A stretch of 64,000 bases of DNA from Bdellovibrionota bacterium. Its GTDB lineage: Bacteria; Bdellovibrionota_C; UBA2361; CAKMMH01. Of this stretch, positions 1-11,093 are shown one piece after another. Position 1 is the first letter of the stretch; every line of letters begins with the position of its first letter. The notes under the pieces were generated by a model that searched no databases, was not told the origin of the DNA, and saw only the letters and a list, made by a program, of their open reading frames with translations. The stretch covers positions 32,640-96,639 of the forward strand of contig JBMNLI010000015.1 of NCBI GenBank assembly GCA_050952645.1, read 5' to 3'. The position numbers and the translations under genes were made by a program.

Positions 1-1
1 T

Positions 2-511
<510 letters not shown>

Positions 512-605
512 GTGGGGATTTAGAGCTACTTTCAAGTGTGAAGAACTAAAATAAAGTATAAAACAATGCGTAGCGTGTAAAACATATAGGAAAAATTAAG
601 GAAAT

Positions 606-860
606 ATGCAAGATTTTATAAATTTAAAAATCATATCGACTGATGAATTGATAGAGGACACAAAGGTAAATTATGTTTTTATTCCCGACCCTGCAGGAGG
701 AATTAAGATGTATCCTAAGCATTGTAATTATACTGGTATTATTTCCGAGGGAACGCTTTATTACCAAAAAAAAGATAGTGAAGATATAGATAAACTTTTA
801 ATTAAAGGTGGAGTTTGCTCGTTTATAGAGAATAAATTGGAAGTTTTAGTAGATTTGTAA
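606..860 (+). CDS. atpC: F1F0 ATP synthase epsilon subunit, short form (N-terminal beta-sandwich only)
   Basis: Directly after atpD; LKIIS...IP...GGIKMYPKH...IKGG...N.LEVL pattern of epsilon N-domain; 84 aa, no C-terminal helices. Confidence 0.8.
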   Translation: MQDFINLKIISTDELIEDTKVNYVFIPDPAGGIKMYPKHCNYTGIISEGTLYYQKKDSEDIDKLLIKGGVCSFIENKLEVLVDL

Positions 861-1229
861 GTTTTGCTCAATCCTTTCTTAATGCTTTTTTGGATGCTTT
901 CTTTGATGATTTAAATTACTTTAATTATTTAAATTATTTATTATCAAAATTTAAGTTATTATTATCTCTAAAACTAAAACGCCGTTTGTTTTACTTCTTA
1001 AAAGTATTTATTTTTTTTCATCTTTATGAAACTTATATAATTTAATAACATCTTTTTATATAGACGAAAAAAAAGCTAAAGAAATGACTAATGAAATGTC
1101 GTTACTATTAGTTGTGAAAGAGTTGTAAAAGATAGTTGTAAATAAGGTTTCTATCTTACATTTTTTTAAATTTTAGTTTAAAAATTTAAGGTTGTTTTAT
1201 ATTTATATATATACAAAAGGTGTTTTCAT

Positions 1230-4200
1230 ATGAAAAAAATAAATAAAGTGTCTAATATATTCCTACTATTTTTATTTTCAATAAGTTTTATAGGGGCAAA
1301 CGTAGCTAGCGCTACTATGACGGATAATCAAGCTAAGCGTGTTGAAAATTTTGGGAGAAGTGATTTAGGTAGCATGTATTTATTCTATGCGCTAGAGAAA
1401 GCGCTGGCCGATAATGGCATTGCAACCGATTTAAAGTGTAAGTATAGTTCGCACCCTAATAAAGTTCCTGAGGTCGCATATACTGCTTTTGGATTAGATA
1501 TAAACAATGCTAACGATAAAGCTTCGTTAGAAGCACTTCTTAATAACTCTACTTTTCCTTATTGTTCTTCAGAGTTTACTAGAAATATGTATGTAGGTAA
1601 AAGTGTAGCGGCTAATGATGAGACGGCAGATGAGTTTTGTAAAGCTATGGGCTACGAAGCGTATATCGCAGGTTCTGGGCAAACATCTAAATATAGCTCT
1701 TATGGTAGTGAGTTAGTAGTGTCTTATGATACAAAAAGTGGTAACTGGAAACGTGCTACTAATGGAACTCACTATATTACTTTAACGTGCGGAACTACAA
1801 AATGCATGAAAGATGATGATTGCAAAGAGAGTCAATATTGCGCACCAAATGGCACTTGCGTTTCTTTTAGTAATGATTATTTAGCTGAATGTAATAATGG
1901 TAAAGATGATGATGGTGATGGGAAAATAGATGATAAAGACCCAGAGTGTAAAGGTTTCGTAGGTGGCACTGGGTATATAGATACGATATTGATGAATGAA
2001 ACACAGGGGCAATATAAAGCATCTTGTGAAACTTACACGATGCCTAAAGATGGTGAAATTTTAATAAATTTAAAAGATGATGATGTAGCGGTTATAGTAA
2101 AAAGAAAAGATGATAATAAAACTGTGATTTTAGCTAAAAGCAACGATCCTTTTCCTTTTGGAAGTTGCGCAGTGTCTACTCCAATAAATCAAGCAGATGC
2201 AAATAATAAAACTAATAAAAGAAATGGTAGTTTAGGTCAAAACGATGCAATTTTTTACGGTAGAGATGGAAAACTAGTAGCATATTTTCAAGCAGACGGG
2301 CATCGCACAGTTCCAGATAAAGCATGGAGTCCTAAGTATGAAGACAGGAAATTAAGAACTGTAAGTCTTAAGGCTGGTGATGTTGTTTATCTAGCTACAA
2401 GGTCTGATAAAACTGCTAACTCAAGAAATCCTAACACCATAGTAAGATTTCAAGAACCACGTAATTTTAGAGAATCGGTTTGCGATGTAAACTATGGCGA
2501 TACTACTTCTGGTAAAAGAGTATGCTCAACGCTTGCTAAGCCAGTATGCTCAAAGGGAAGTTGTGTAGCGTGCCCAGCAAGTCAAGTTTACAACAAGACT
2601 CTAAAAGCATGTGTTGAATGTATAAGTGATACCGATTGTAAATCTGGTCAAGCTTGCCAAAACAATAAGTGTCTAGATAAATACACTTGTTCAAAAAATA
2701 CTACTACGGGTAAAGTGGTAGTTAATAAAAATGGAGTAGAGTTAACTACTAAATTAGATAAGTGTGAAGGCAATAAGCAATACGTGTATACTTGCCCATC
2801 GACAACTTCGGTAGGCACTGAGATAGTAGTAAAAGAGACTATTACCAACTGTAAGTATGGTTGCGATACTAAAACTAAAAAATGCTATGACACAGAGTGT
2901 GACGCAAACTACGGTGATACCACTTCGGGCAAAAAAGCTTGTAAAACGATTGCTAAACCAGTATGTAGCGATGGAAGCTGCGTAGGTTGTCCTAATAGCG
3001 AAGTTTATAGCGAAGATAAAAAATCTTGCGTAGCTTGCGTAGTAGATGGCGATTGCGCAAAGGGGCAAGTGTGCCAAAACAATAAGTGCTTAAATAAATA
3101 CACTTGTTCAAAAAATACTACTACGGGTAAAGTGATAGTTAATAAAAATGGAGTAGAGTTAACTACTAAATTAGATAAGTGTGAAGGCAATAAGCAATAC
3201 GTGTATACTTGCCCATCGACAACTTCGGTAGGCACTGAGATAGTAGTAAAAGAGACTATTACCAACTGTAAGTATGGTTGCGATACTAAAACTAAAAAAT
3301 GCTATGACACAGAGTGTGACGCAAACTACGGTGATACCACTTCGGGCAAAAAAGCTTGTAAAACGATTGCTAAACCAGTATGTAGCGATGGAAGCTGCGT
3401 AGGTTGTCCTAATAGCGAAGTTTATAGCGAAGATAAAAAATCTTGCGTAGCTTGCGTAGTAGATGGCGATTGCGCAAAGGGGCAAGTGTGTCAAGACAAT
3501 AAGTGCTTAGATAAATACACTTGTTCAAAAAATACTACTACGGGTAAAGTGATAGTTAATAAAAATGGAGTAGAGTTAACTACTAAATTAGATAAGTGTG
3601 AAGGCAATAAGCAATACGTGTATACTTGCCCATCGACAACTTCGGTAGGCACTGAGATAGTAGTAAAAGAGACTATTACCAACTGTAAGTATGGTTGCGA
3701 TACTAAAACTAAAAAATGCTATGACACAGAGTGTGACGCAAACTACGGTGATACCACTTCGGGCAAAAAAGCTTGTAAAACGATTGATAAACCAGTATGT
3801 AGCGATGGAAGCTGCGTAGGTTGTCCTAATAGCGAAGTTTATAGTGAAGATAAAAAATCTTGCGTAGCTTGTGTAGAAGATAGTGATTGTGAAGCAGGGC
3901 AAGTGTGTCAAGATAATAAGTGTTTAGATGAATATACTTGTGCTAAAGATGATACAGGCAAAGTGGTAGTTAAGAAAAATGGTGTAGAAATAACGGCTAA
4001 ATCGAAAACAGATAAGTGTGAAAATGATAAGCAATATGAATACACTTGCTCAGCTACTACTTTAGTAGGCACTGAGATAACCGTAAAAGAAACTATTACT
4101 AATTGTGAACATGGCTGTAATAGTGAAACTAAAAAATGCAATGATGCTGAGTGTGATGTAAATTACGGAGATACTACTGAAGGGAAAAAAGCTTGCTCAG

Positions 4201-5381
4201 AAGATAAACCAATATGTGAAAATGGAAGTTGCAAAAGCTGTCCAAACAATGAAATATACAACATAAGCCAAATGAAATGTGTAGAGTGTAATGTAGATAC
4301 GGATTGTAAAGACGGCTTGGTTTGCGATAAGGATAATAATAAGTGCGTAGATAAGCAAAAAGCAGTGATACCACTATTTAATTGTATAATCGATAATTTA
4401 GATGGAACCTACACGGCATATTTTGGTTATGAAAACCCTAATGCTGAGGTAATAAATGTTCAAGCTTGTTCAAATAAGCAAGGAGCTAAGAATATTATAA
4501 ATAACACTACGACTTATTGTGAGCAACCTAGCGAGTTTGAGGTAGGAACTGTAAAGGGAGCTTTCTACGTTCCGTTTAGCCAAGGACAAACAGTATCGTG
4601 GACTTTACAAAATAATAGCGAGGCTGAAAAAACGGTTTCTGCAACTAGTGCATCTGTAAGATGTGCACCGTTAGAGCCTTATGCTCAATGTATAGATAGA
4701 AATAAAGATGGCTCATATAAGGCACATTTTGGGTATACTAATAGAAATGGCTTTGAGGTTGAAATTCCAAATGGTTCTGCTAACAATTTATCGACTAATG
4801 AAAATGTTCAGCCTGAGCATTTTGTTGCAGGAAAAATAGATAACGCTTTAAGTATAGATTTTACAGAAAGTGCTACTTGGAATTTAGATGGAAACAAAGC
4901 TACTGCTACTAAGAAGACTAAACCTTGTATAGAGGTAAACTGCACTGAGACTTCAATAGTTCAAGCTAAGAAATCACTACATGGAGATGAGTTTGTAGAG
5001 ATGCTTGAAGCTGAAACGGAAAGCTTACTTGAAGAATTAAATCCATTTCCTCAAATAAGAGATATCGAAGCTTCGGCAGATAGAAGAATAAACAGAGCTG
5101 AGAAAAATAACGATACGATTAAAAAACTTGTCCTTAAGCTTCCAGATGTAATGTTTAATTGTGATAACGCAGATTTCTGTCCGCTTTACGATAATCAAGG
5201 AACATTAAACTTGATTGAAAGAAAGTTAAGAAAACTTCGTAGACAAGTTGGAAGAACGATAAGACAAAGAAACATCGATGAGAAAACCAGAACTAGACTT
5301 CTTAATATCAATGCCCAAATCTTGGCAGGAAAGATAAGCGCACTTAATTCGATCCCAAGATTTGCTAATGATTGTGATTAA
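1230..5381 (+). CDS. Giant secreted Cys-rich repeat protein (1383 aa), paralog 1
   Basis: Signal peptide (MKKINK..FLLFLFSISFIGANVASA), Ca-binding-like CNNGKDDDGDGKIDDKDPEC, many CxxDxDC..C..C modules, two YTAYFGY/YKAHFGY beta domains, basic helical C-terminus. Confidence 0.9.
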   Translation: MKKINKVSNIFLLFLFSISFIGANVASATMTDNQAKRVENFGRSDLGSMYLFYALEKALADNGIATDLKCKYSSHPNKVPEVAYTAFGLDINNANDKASLEALLNNSTFPYCSSEFTRNMYVGKSVAANDETADEFCKAMGYEAYIAGSGQTSKYSSYGSELVVSYDTKSGNWKRATNGTHYITLTCGTTKCMKDDDCKESQYCAPNGTCVSFSNDYLAECNNGKDDDGDGKIDDKDPECKGFVGGTGYIDTILMNETQGQYKASCETYTMPKDGEILINLKDDDVAVIVKRKDDNKTVILAKSNDPFPFGSCAVSTPINQADANNKTNKRNGSLGQNDAIFYGRDGKLVAYFQADGHRTVPDKAWSPKYEDRKLRTVSLKAGDVVYLATRSDKTANSRNPNTIVRFQEPRNFRESVCDVNYGDTTSGKRVCSTLAKPVCSKGSCVACPASQVYNKTLKACVECISDTDCKSGQACQNNKCLDKYTCSKNTTTGKVVVNKNGVELTTKLDKCEGNKQYVYTCPSTTSVGTEIVVKETITNCKYGCDTKTKKCYDTECDANYGDTTSGKKACKTIAKPVCSDGSCVGCPNSEVYSEDKKSCVACVVDGDCAKGQVCQNNKCLNKYTCSKNTTTGKVIVNKNGVELTTKLDKCEGNKQYVYTCPSTTSVGTEIVVKETITNCKYGCDTKTKKCYDTECDANYGDTTSGKKACKTIAKPVCSDGSCVGCPNSEVYSEDKKSCVACVVDGDCAKGQVCQDNKCLDKYTCSKNTTTGKVIVNKNGVELTTKLDKCEGNKQYVYTCPSTTSVGTEIVVKETITNCKYGCDTKTKKCYDTECDANYGDTTSGKKACKTIDKPVCSDGSCVGCPNSEVYSEDKKSCVACVEDSDCEAGQVCQDNKCLDEYTCAKDDTGKVVVKKNGVEITAKSKTDKCENDKQYEYTCSATTLVGTEITVKETITNCEHGCNSETKKCNDAECDVNYGDTTEGKKACSEDKPICENGSCKSCPNNEIYNISQMKCVECNVDTDCKDGLVCDKDNNKCVDKQKAVIPLFNCIIDNLDGTYTAYFGYENPNAEVINVQACSNKQGAKNIINNTTTYCEQPSEFEVGTVKGAFYVPFSQGQTVSWTLQNNSEAEKTVSATSASVRCAPLEPYAQCIDRNKDGSYKAHFGYTNRNGFEVEIPNGSANNLSTNENVQPEHFVAGKIDNALSIDFTESATWNLDGNKATATKKTKPCIEVNCTETSIVQAKKSLHGDEFVEMLEAETESLLEELNPFPQIRDIEASADRRINRAEKNNDTIKKLVLKLPDVMFNCDNADFCPLYDNQGTLNLIERKLRKLRRQVGRTIRQRNIDEKTRTRLLNINAQILAGKISALNSIPRFANDCD
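2476..4200 (+). repeat. 417-bp (139-aa) intragenic tandem repeat, about 4 copies, central copies near-identical
   Basis: agtgtgaaggcaataagcaa recurs at 2761, 3178, 3595; antisense shadow ORFs recur with period 417. Confidence 0.95.
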
Positions 5382-5424
5382 ATAATATTATAATTAGAAA
5401 TCGAAAAGAAGTTTAGAAAAATTA

Positions 5425-5485
5425 AAAGAGACTAGCTTGCTTAAAGTTTTTAGATTAGACTTTTTAAGTGGCTAGTCTTTTTTTT
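5425..5485 (+). terminator. Intrinsic terminator-like hairpin between the two Cys-rich genes
   Basis: agactagc...ttaaag / ...ttaagtggctagtct followed by a T-run. Confidence 0.65.
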
Positions 5486-5618
5486 ATTTATTTATTATTT
5501 ATTGCTTAGTTTTGTTTTTTTTAAAATAAACATCTATCGTTATTAGTAAAATTTCTGGTAAAATAAGCCTTGTGAAATAAGATTTCTTTTTTGAGCATTT
5601 TATTAAGGTTTATTTTAT

Positions 5619-8600
5619 ATGAAAAAAATAAATAAAGTATCTAATATATTCTTATTATTTTTAGTTGCAATAAGTTTTTTAAGAGTAAATGTAGCTAATG
5701 CAACGATGTCTACATCCGAAGCTAAACACACCGAAAGTTTCGGAAAAAGCGATTTAGGTAGCATGTATTTATTCTACACGCTAGAGAAAGCGCTTATAGA
5801 TAAAGGCATTGCAACCGATTTAAAGTGTAAGTATAGTTCTCACCCTAACAAAGTTCCTGAGGTCGCATATACTGCTTTTGGATTAGATATAAATAATGCT
5901 AATGATAAAGCTTCGTTAGAAGCACTTCTTAATAACTCTACTTTTCCTTATTGTTCTTCAGAGTTTATTAGAAATATGTATGTAGGTAGAAGTGTAGCGG
6001 CTAATGATGAGACGGCAGATGAGTTTTGTAAAGCTATGGGCTACGAAGCGTATATCGTAGGTTCTGGGCAAACATCTAAATATAGCTCATACGGTAGCGA
6101 GTTAGTGGTCTCTTTCAATGTTAATAATTCTAAATGGGAATTACTTCCTAAAGCTAAAGATAACAAAGGGACTCATTATATTACCTTAACGTGCGGAACT
6201 ACAAAATGTATGGAAGATGATGATTGTGAAGGAGGACAAGTATGTAAGCAAGGTGAGTGTTTAGATGTATACACTTGTTTAAAAGATAAGGCTGGCAGGG
6301 TAGTCGTTAGCAAGAATGGTGTAGAGCTTACAAAAGAGGTAAAAACCGATAAGTGTGAAAACAATGAACTATACATATATAGTTGTGTAGTAGATAGACT
6401 AATAGGCTCAAAGATAGTAATAAGTGAAGAAAAGACCGTTTGCGAGTATGGTTGCGATAACAAGACTACGCAATGCTATGCTACAGAGTGTGATGTAAAT
6501 TATGGTGATACTACGGCAGGTAAAAGGGCGTGTCCTACAATAAGTAGACCCATATGTAATTGCGATATCGGTCAGTGTAAAGCATGCTCAAATAATGAAA
6601 TATATAATGAAGCTAAATTAAAATGTGTAGAGTGTAATAAAGATGCAGACTGTAAAAATTCTGCTAAACCATTTTGTAATTTAAATTTATGTCAAGCTAC
6701 TTGTAAAACGGATGCACAGTGTAAGGCTAAAAATTTAAGCAGGCAAGTTTGTAATAATGGAGTTTGCGTAGAGTGCGTTGCCGATAGCGATTGCCAAGGA
6801 GGGAAAGTTTGTAAAAATAATAGTTGCTTAGATAAATATACTTGCGTAAAAGATAAAACGGGTAAAGTGTCTGTTTATAAAAACGGTGTAGAGTTAGAAA
6901 CGGAAGCAAAAAAGGATAAGTGCGTAGACGATGCACTCTTTATATATAATTGCTCTGCTACTACTTTAGTAGGTTCAAAGATAGTTGTAAATGAAGAAAA
7001 GACAGTTTGCGAGTATGGTTGCGATACTGAAACTAAAGAATGTTATAAAACCGAATGCGATGCAAACTATGGGGATAATGTAGTAGGGAAAAGAGCTTGC
7101 AAAGTGCTTTCATCTCCAGTTTGCGAAAATGGAAATTGTGTAGCGTGTCCTAATAGTAAAGTTTATAACTCTGCTAAAAAATCTTGCGTCGAGTGTAATA
7201 CGAATGCGAATTGTAAAGAAGAAGCAAGGCCTATATGCTTAAGCGATAATACTTGTGGTTGCAGTGTAAACGATGATTGCCCTTCGGCTAGGCCAGTTTG
7301 CGAAAATAAAAATTGCGTAGCGTGTCCTAGTAGTAAAGTTTATAACTCTGCTAAAAAATCTTGTGTCGAGTGTAATACGAATGCGAATTGTAAAGAAGAA
7401 GCAAGGCCTATATGTTTAAGCGATAACACTTGTGGTTGTAATGTAAACGATGATTGCCCTGTAGATAATCCTTTTTGTAATACCGCTATACATCAATGTA
7501 CTAATAAATGCGTTAAAAATGTAGATTGTAAAAATAAAGATTTAAGCAAACCAGTTTGCGATAATGGAGTTTGCGTAGAGTGCGTTGCCGATAGCGATTG
7601 CCAAGGAGAGAAAGTTTGCAAAAATAATAGTTGCTTAGATAAATATACTTGCGCAAAAGATGATGCAGGTAAAGTGTCTGTTTATAAAAATGGTGTAGAG
7701 TTAGAAACGGAAGCAAAAAAGGATAAGTGCGTAGACGATGCACTCTTTATATATAATTGCTCTGCTACTACTTTAGTAGGTTCAAAGATAGTTGTAAATG
7801 AAGAAAAGACAGTTTGCGAGTATGGTTGCGATACTGAAACTAAAGAATGTTATAAAACCGAATGCGATGCAAACTATGGGGATAATGTAGTAGGGAAAAG
7901 AGCTTGCAAAGTGCTTTCATCTCCAGTTTGCGAAAATGGAAATTGTGTAGCGTGTCCTAATAGTAAAGTTTATAACTCTGCTAAAAAATCTTGCGTCGAG
8001 TGTAATACGAATGCGAATTGTAAAGAAGAAGCAAGGCCTATATGTTTAAGCGATAATACTTGTGGTTGCAGTGTAAACGATGATTGCCCTGTAGCTAATC
8101 CAGTTTGCGAAAATGGGAGTTGTGTAGCGTGCCCTAATAGTAAGGTTTATAACTCTGCTAAAAAATCTTGTGTCGAGTGTAATACGAATGCGAATTGTAA
8201 AGAAGAAGCAAGGCCTATATGTTTAAGCGATAACACTTGTGGTTGCAGTGTAAACGATGATTGCCATGCAGATAATCCTTTTTGTAATACCGCTATACAT
8301 CAATGTACTAATAAATGCGTTAAAAATGTAGATTGTAAAAATAAAGATTTAAGCAAACCAGTTTGCGATAATGGAGTTTGCGTAGAGTGCGTTGCCGATA
8401 GCGATTGCCAAGGAGAGAAAGTTTGCAAAAATAATAGTTGCTTAGATAAATATACTTGCGCAAAAGATGATGCAGGTAAAGTGTCTGTTTATAAAAACGG
8501 CTTGGAGATAACGGTAAAATTAGATAAGTGTGAAAACGATAAGCAATACGTATATAGCTGTGAGAGCGATACACAACTAGGCTCTGAGATATTAGTAAGA

Positions 8601-10595
8601 GAAGAGATGAATAGTTGTGAGTATGGTTGCGATAGTAAAATTAAGAAATGTAATGCAAAAGAGTGTGATGTAAGCTACGGAGATACTAGAGCAGGCAAAA
8701 GAGCTTGCATTGCTACTAAGCCAGTTTGTGAAAATGGAAGCTGTAAAAGTTGTAAAGACTATGAGATATATAATAAAGAGCTATTAAAATGTGTGGAGTG
8801 TAATGTTGATGTAGATTGTAGAGATAAGGCTAAGCCATTTTGTAATTTAAATTTGTGTCAAGCTACTTGTAAAACAGATACGCAATGTAAAAATATAGAT
8901 GCTAGTAAACCCGTATGTGATACTGCGTCAGGTTTATGCGTAGAATGCACTAGTAGTAATCAAACACAATGTAAAGAGACTAAACCTATATGCTTAAGCG
9001 ATAATACTTGTGGCTGTAATGTAAACACTGATTGCCCTGTAGCTAATCCTTTTTGCTTAGATAATAAAGTTTGCGTAAATAAATGCTCTAAAGATGCTGA
9101 TTGCTTAGGCGATACTCCCGTATGTGATACTGCGTCAGGTTTATGCGTAGAGTGTGTTAAGAATGAAGATTGTAAAGAAGAAGCTAAGCCTATATGCTTA
9201 AGCGATAATACTTGTGGTTGTAATGATAGTAGTGTTTGTCCTGAAGACTTGCAATTTTGCTCAGATAATAAAGTTTGCGTAGAAAATTGCACTAGCGATG
9301 AAGAATGCAGGGCTAAAAATGAAACTAAACCTGTATGTAATGATACGACTGGAAAATGCGAAGAATGCGTGACGGATGTAGATTGTGATGGGGAGCGAGT
9401 GTGTAGTATAGATACTTATACTTGTGTAGAGTGTAAAGAGGATAAGGATTGTAAGGACGGGAAAGTATGCAACCTTGATACTAATACTTGTGTAGAATGT
9501 AATAAAGATGATGATTGCAATGGAAATGCTGTTTGCGATAAAGATATTTATAAATGCAAAGATACGCAAAAAGCAGTGCTTCCTATATTTAATTGTGTAA
9601 TTGATAACTTAGATGGAACTTACACGGCATATTTTGGTTATGAAAATCCTAATGCAGAGGTTATCGATATTCAAGCTTGCTCAAAGACTAAAGGAATTAT
9701 AAATACCATTAATGACACTACTACTTTTTGCGAGCAGACTAGCAAGTTTAAAGTTGGAACTGTAAAAGGAGCTTTTTATATTCCATTTAATAAAGGACAA
9801 ACGGTATTGTGGACTTTGCAAAATAGTAGCGAAGCTCCAAGAGTAGTTTCTGCTACGAGTGATGCGGTAAGATGCACGCCATTAGAGCCTTATGCGCAAT
9901 GTATAGATAAAAATAAAGATGGCTCGTATAAGGCGCATTTTGGGTATACTAATAAAAATGGTTTTGAGATTGAAATTCCAAATGGTTCTGCAAATTATTT
10001 ATCGACGAAAGAAAATGTTCAACCTGAACACTTTTTTGTAGGTAAAATAGATAATGCGTTAAGCATAGATTTTACTAGTAGCATTACTTGGAATTTAAAT
10101 GGAAAAGAAGCTACTATAACTAAAAAAACAAAGCCTTGTGTCGAGGTTAATTGCACCGAAACATCTCTTATTAAAGTTAAGCACTCACTACACGGAGATG
10201 AGTTTGAGGCGATGCTTGAAACGCAAACTGAAAGCTTACTAAAAGAAAAAAAGCCTTTTCCTTTTATAAGAGATATTGAAGCTTCGGCAGATAGAAGAAT
10301 AAATAGAGCTAAGAAAAACAACGATACGATTAAGAAGCTTGCTTTAAGGTTTCCAGATATAATGTTTAATTGTGATAATGCAGATTTTTGTCCGCTTTAC
10401 GATAATCAAGAAATATTAAATTCTATCGAAAGAAGATTAAGAAAACTTCGTAGACAAGTTGGCAGAACGGTTAGACAAAGAAATATTGACGCAAAGATTA
10501 GGACTAAACTTCTTAATAAAAACGCACAAATTTTAGCTAGCAAAATGGATATACTTAACTCTATTCCAAGGTTTGCTAACGATTGCGAAAGTTGA
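5619..10595 (+). CDS. Giant secreted Cys-rich repeat protein (1658 aa), paralog 2
   Basis: Same signal peptide, N-domain and C-terminal ~340 aa as 1230..5381; different set of Cys-rich modules in the middle. Confidence 0.9.
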   Translation: MKKINKVSNIFLLFLVAISFLRVNVANATMSTSEAKHTESFGKSDLGSMYLFYTLEKALIDKGIATDLKCKYSSHPNKVPEVAYTAFGLDINNANDKASLEALLNNSTFPYCSSEFIRNMYVGRSVAANDETADEFCKAMGYEAYIVGSGQTSKYSSYGSELVVSFNVNNSKWELLPKAKDNKGTHYITLTCGTTKCMEDDDCEGGQVCKQGECLDVYTCLKDKAGRVVVSKNGVELTKEVKTDKCENNELYIYSCVVDRLIGSKIVISEEKTVCEYGCDNKTTQCYATECDVNYGDTTAGKRACPTISRPICNCDIGQCKACSNNEIYNEAKLKCVECNKDADCKNSAKPFCNLNLCQATCKTDAQCKAKNLSRQVCNNGVCVECVADSDCQGGKVCKNNSCLDKYTCVKDKTGKVSVYKNGVELETEAKKDKCVDDALFIYNCSATTLVGSKIVVNEEKTVCEYGCDTETKECYKTECDANYGDNVVGKRACKVLSSPVCENGNCVACPNSKVYNSAKKSCVECNTNANCKEEARPICLSDNTCGCSVNDDCPSARPVCENKNCVACPSSKVYNSAKKSCVECNTNANCKEEARPICLSDNTCGCNVNDDCPVDNPFCNTAIHQCTNKCVKNVDCKNKDLSKPVCDNGVCVECVADSDCQGEKVCKNNSCLDKYTCAKDDAGKVSVYKNGVELETEAKKDKCVDDALFIYNCSATTLVGSKIVVNEEKTVCEYGCDTETKECYKTECDANYGDNVVGKRACKVLSSPVCENGNCVACPNSKVYNSAKKSCVECNTNANCKEEARPICLSDNTCGCSVNDDCPVANPVCENGSCVACPNSKVYNSAKKSCVECNTNANCKEEARPICLSDNTCGCSVNDDCHADNPFCNTAIHQCTNKCVKNVDCKNKDLSKPVCDNGVCVECVADSDCQGEKVCKNNSCLDKYTCAKDDAGKVSVYKNGLEITVKLDKCENDKQYVYSCESDTQLGSEILVREEMNSCEYGCDSKIKKCNAKECDVSYGDTRAGKRACIATKPVCENGSCKSCKDYEIYNKELLKCVECNVDVDCRDKAKPFCNLNLCQATCKTDTQCKNIDASKPVCDTASGLCVECTSSNQTQCKETKPICLSDNTCGCNVNTDCPVANPFCLDNKVCVNKCSKDADCLGDTPVCDTASGLCVECVKNEDCKEEAKPICLSDNTCGCNDSSVCPEDLQFCSDNKVCVENCTSDEECRAKNETKPVCNDTTGKCEECVTDVDCDGERVCSIDTYTCVECKEDKDCKDGKVCNLDTNTCVECNKDDDCNGNAVCDKDIYKCKDTQKAVLPIFNCVIDNLDGTYTAYFGYENPNAEVIDIQACSKTKGIINTINDTTTFCEQTSKFKVGTVKGAFYIPFNKGQTVLWTLQNSSEAPRVVSATSDAVRCTPLEPYAQCIDKNKDGSYKAHFGYTNKNGFEIEIPNGSANYLSTKENVQPEHFFVGKIDNALSIDFTSSITWNLNGKEATITKKTKPCVEVNCTETSLIKVKHSLHGDEFEAMLETQTESLLKEKKPFPFIRDIEASADRRINRAKKNNDTIKKLALRFPDIMFNCDNADFCPLYDNQEILNSIERRLRKLRRQVGRTVRQRNIDAKIRTKLLNKNAQILASKMDILNSIPRFANDCES
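6744..8500 (+). repeat. 807-bp (269-aa) intragenic tandem repeat, about 2.2 copies, each with a nested 177-bp (59-aa) sub-repeat
   Basis: ccgatagcgattgccaagga at 6781, 7588, 8395; tagcgtgtcct at 7141 and 7318. Confidence 0.93.
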
Positions 10596-10712
10596 TAAAA
10601 GAAAGTTTAAAAGAGGGGTTAGTCTTTTTTTAAATATTAACTATTTTAAATAAATATTTATCATAGTATACTATGAGTTGAGTTTCCAATTTTTTATAAA
10701 GGAGATTTTATT

Positions 10713-11093
10713 ATGGATAATCCTCAAGATTATAAATATACTAAAGAGCATCAATGGGTAGCGATAAAAGGCGATACGGCAATTATAGGCATTACAGATT
10801 ATGCTCAATCTGAGCTAGGTGAGATAGTTTTTATTGAGCTTCCAAGTGTTGGGGATAGTATTAAAAAAGATGCTGTTTTATGCGTTGCTGAGTCTACTAA
10901 AACTGCTTCAGATGTTCACGTTCCAATCTCTGGAGATATCGTAGAGGTAAATGAGGAGTTAGAAGATAATCCTAGTTTAATAAATAAAGATCCTTATAAG
11001 AGCGGTTGGATAATAAAAATAGCTAACTTTAGCAAAAGCGAGTTTGAAAGTTTAATGTCTACCTCTGAATACCAAGCTTACATAGCTCATTAA
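10713..11093 (+). CDS. gcvH: Glycine cleavage system H protein (lipoyl carrier)
   Basis: YTKEHQWV...IGITDYAQSELGEIVF...ESTKTASD (lipoyl Lys)...NPSLINKDPY.SGW. Confidence 0.95.
   Translation: MDNPQDYKYTKEHQWVAIKGDTAIIGITDYAQSELGEIVFIELPSVGDSIKKDAVLCVAESTKTASDVHVPISGDIVEVNEELEDNPSLINKDPYKSGWIIKIANFSKSEFESLMSTSEYQAYIAH

Noticed and set aside
2476..8500. CRISPR-like array or DGR template/variable repeats
   Set aside because: Repeats are long, in-frame and lack unique spacers; differences do not look adenine-specific by eye; the only RT is a group II intron maturase
2648..10321. Repeated minus-strand ORFs inside the Cys-rich genes
   Set aside because: Antisense shadows of the 417/807-bp coding repeats; no independent signals
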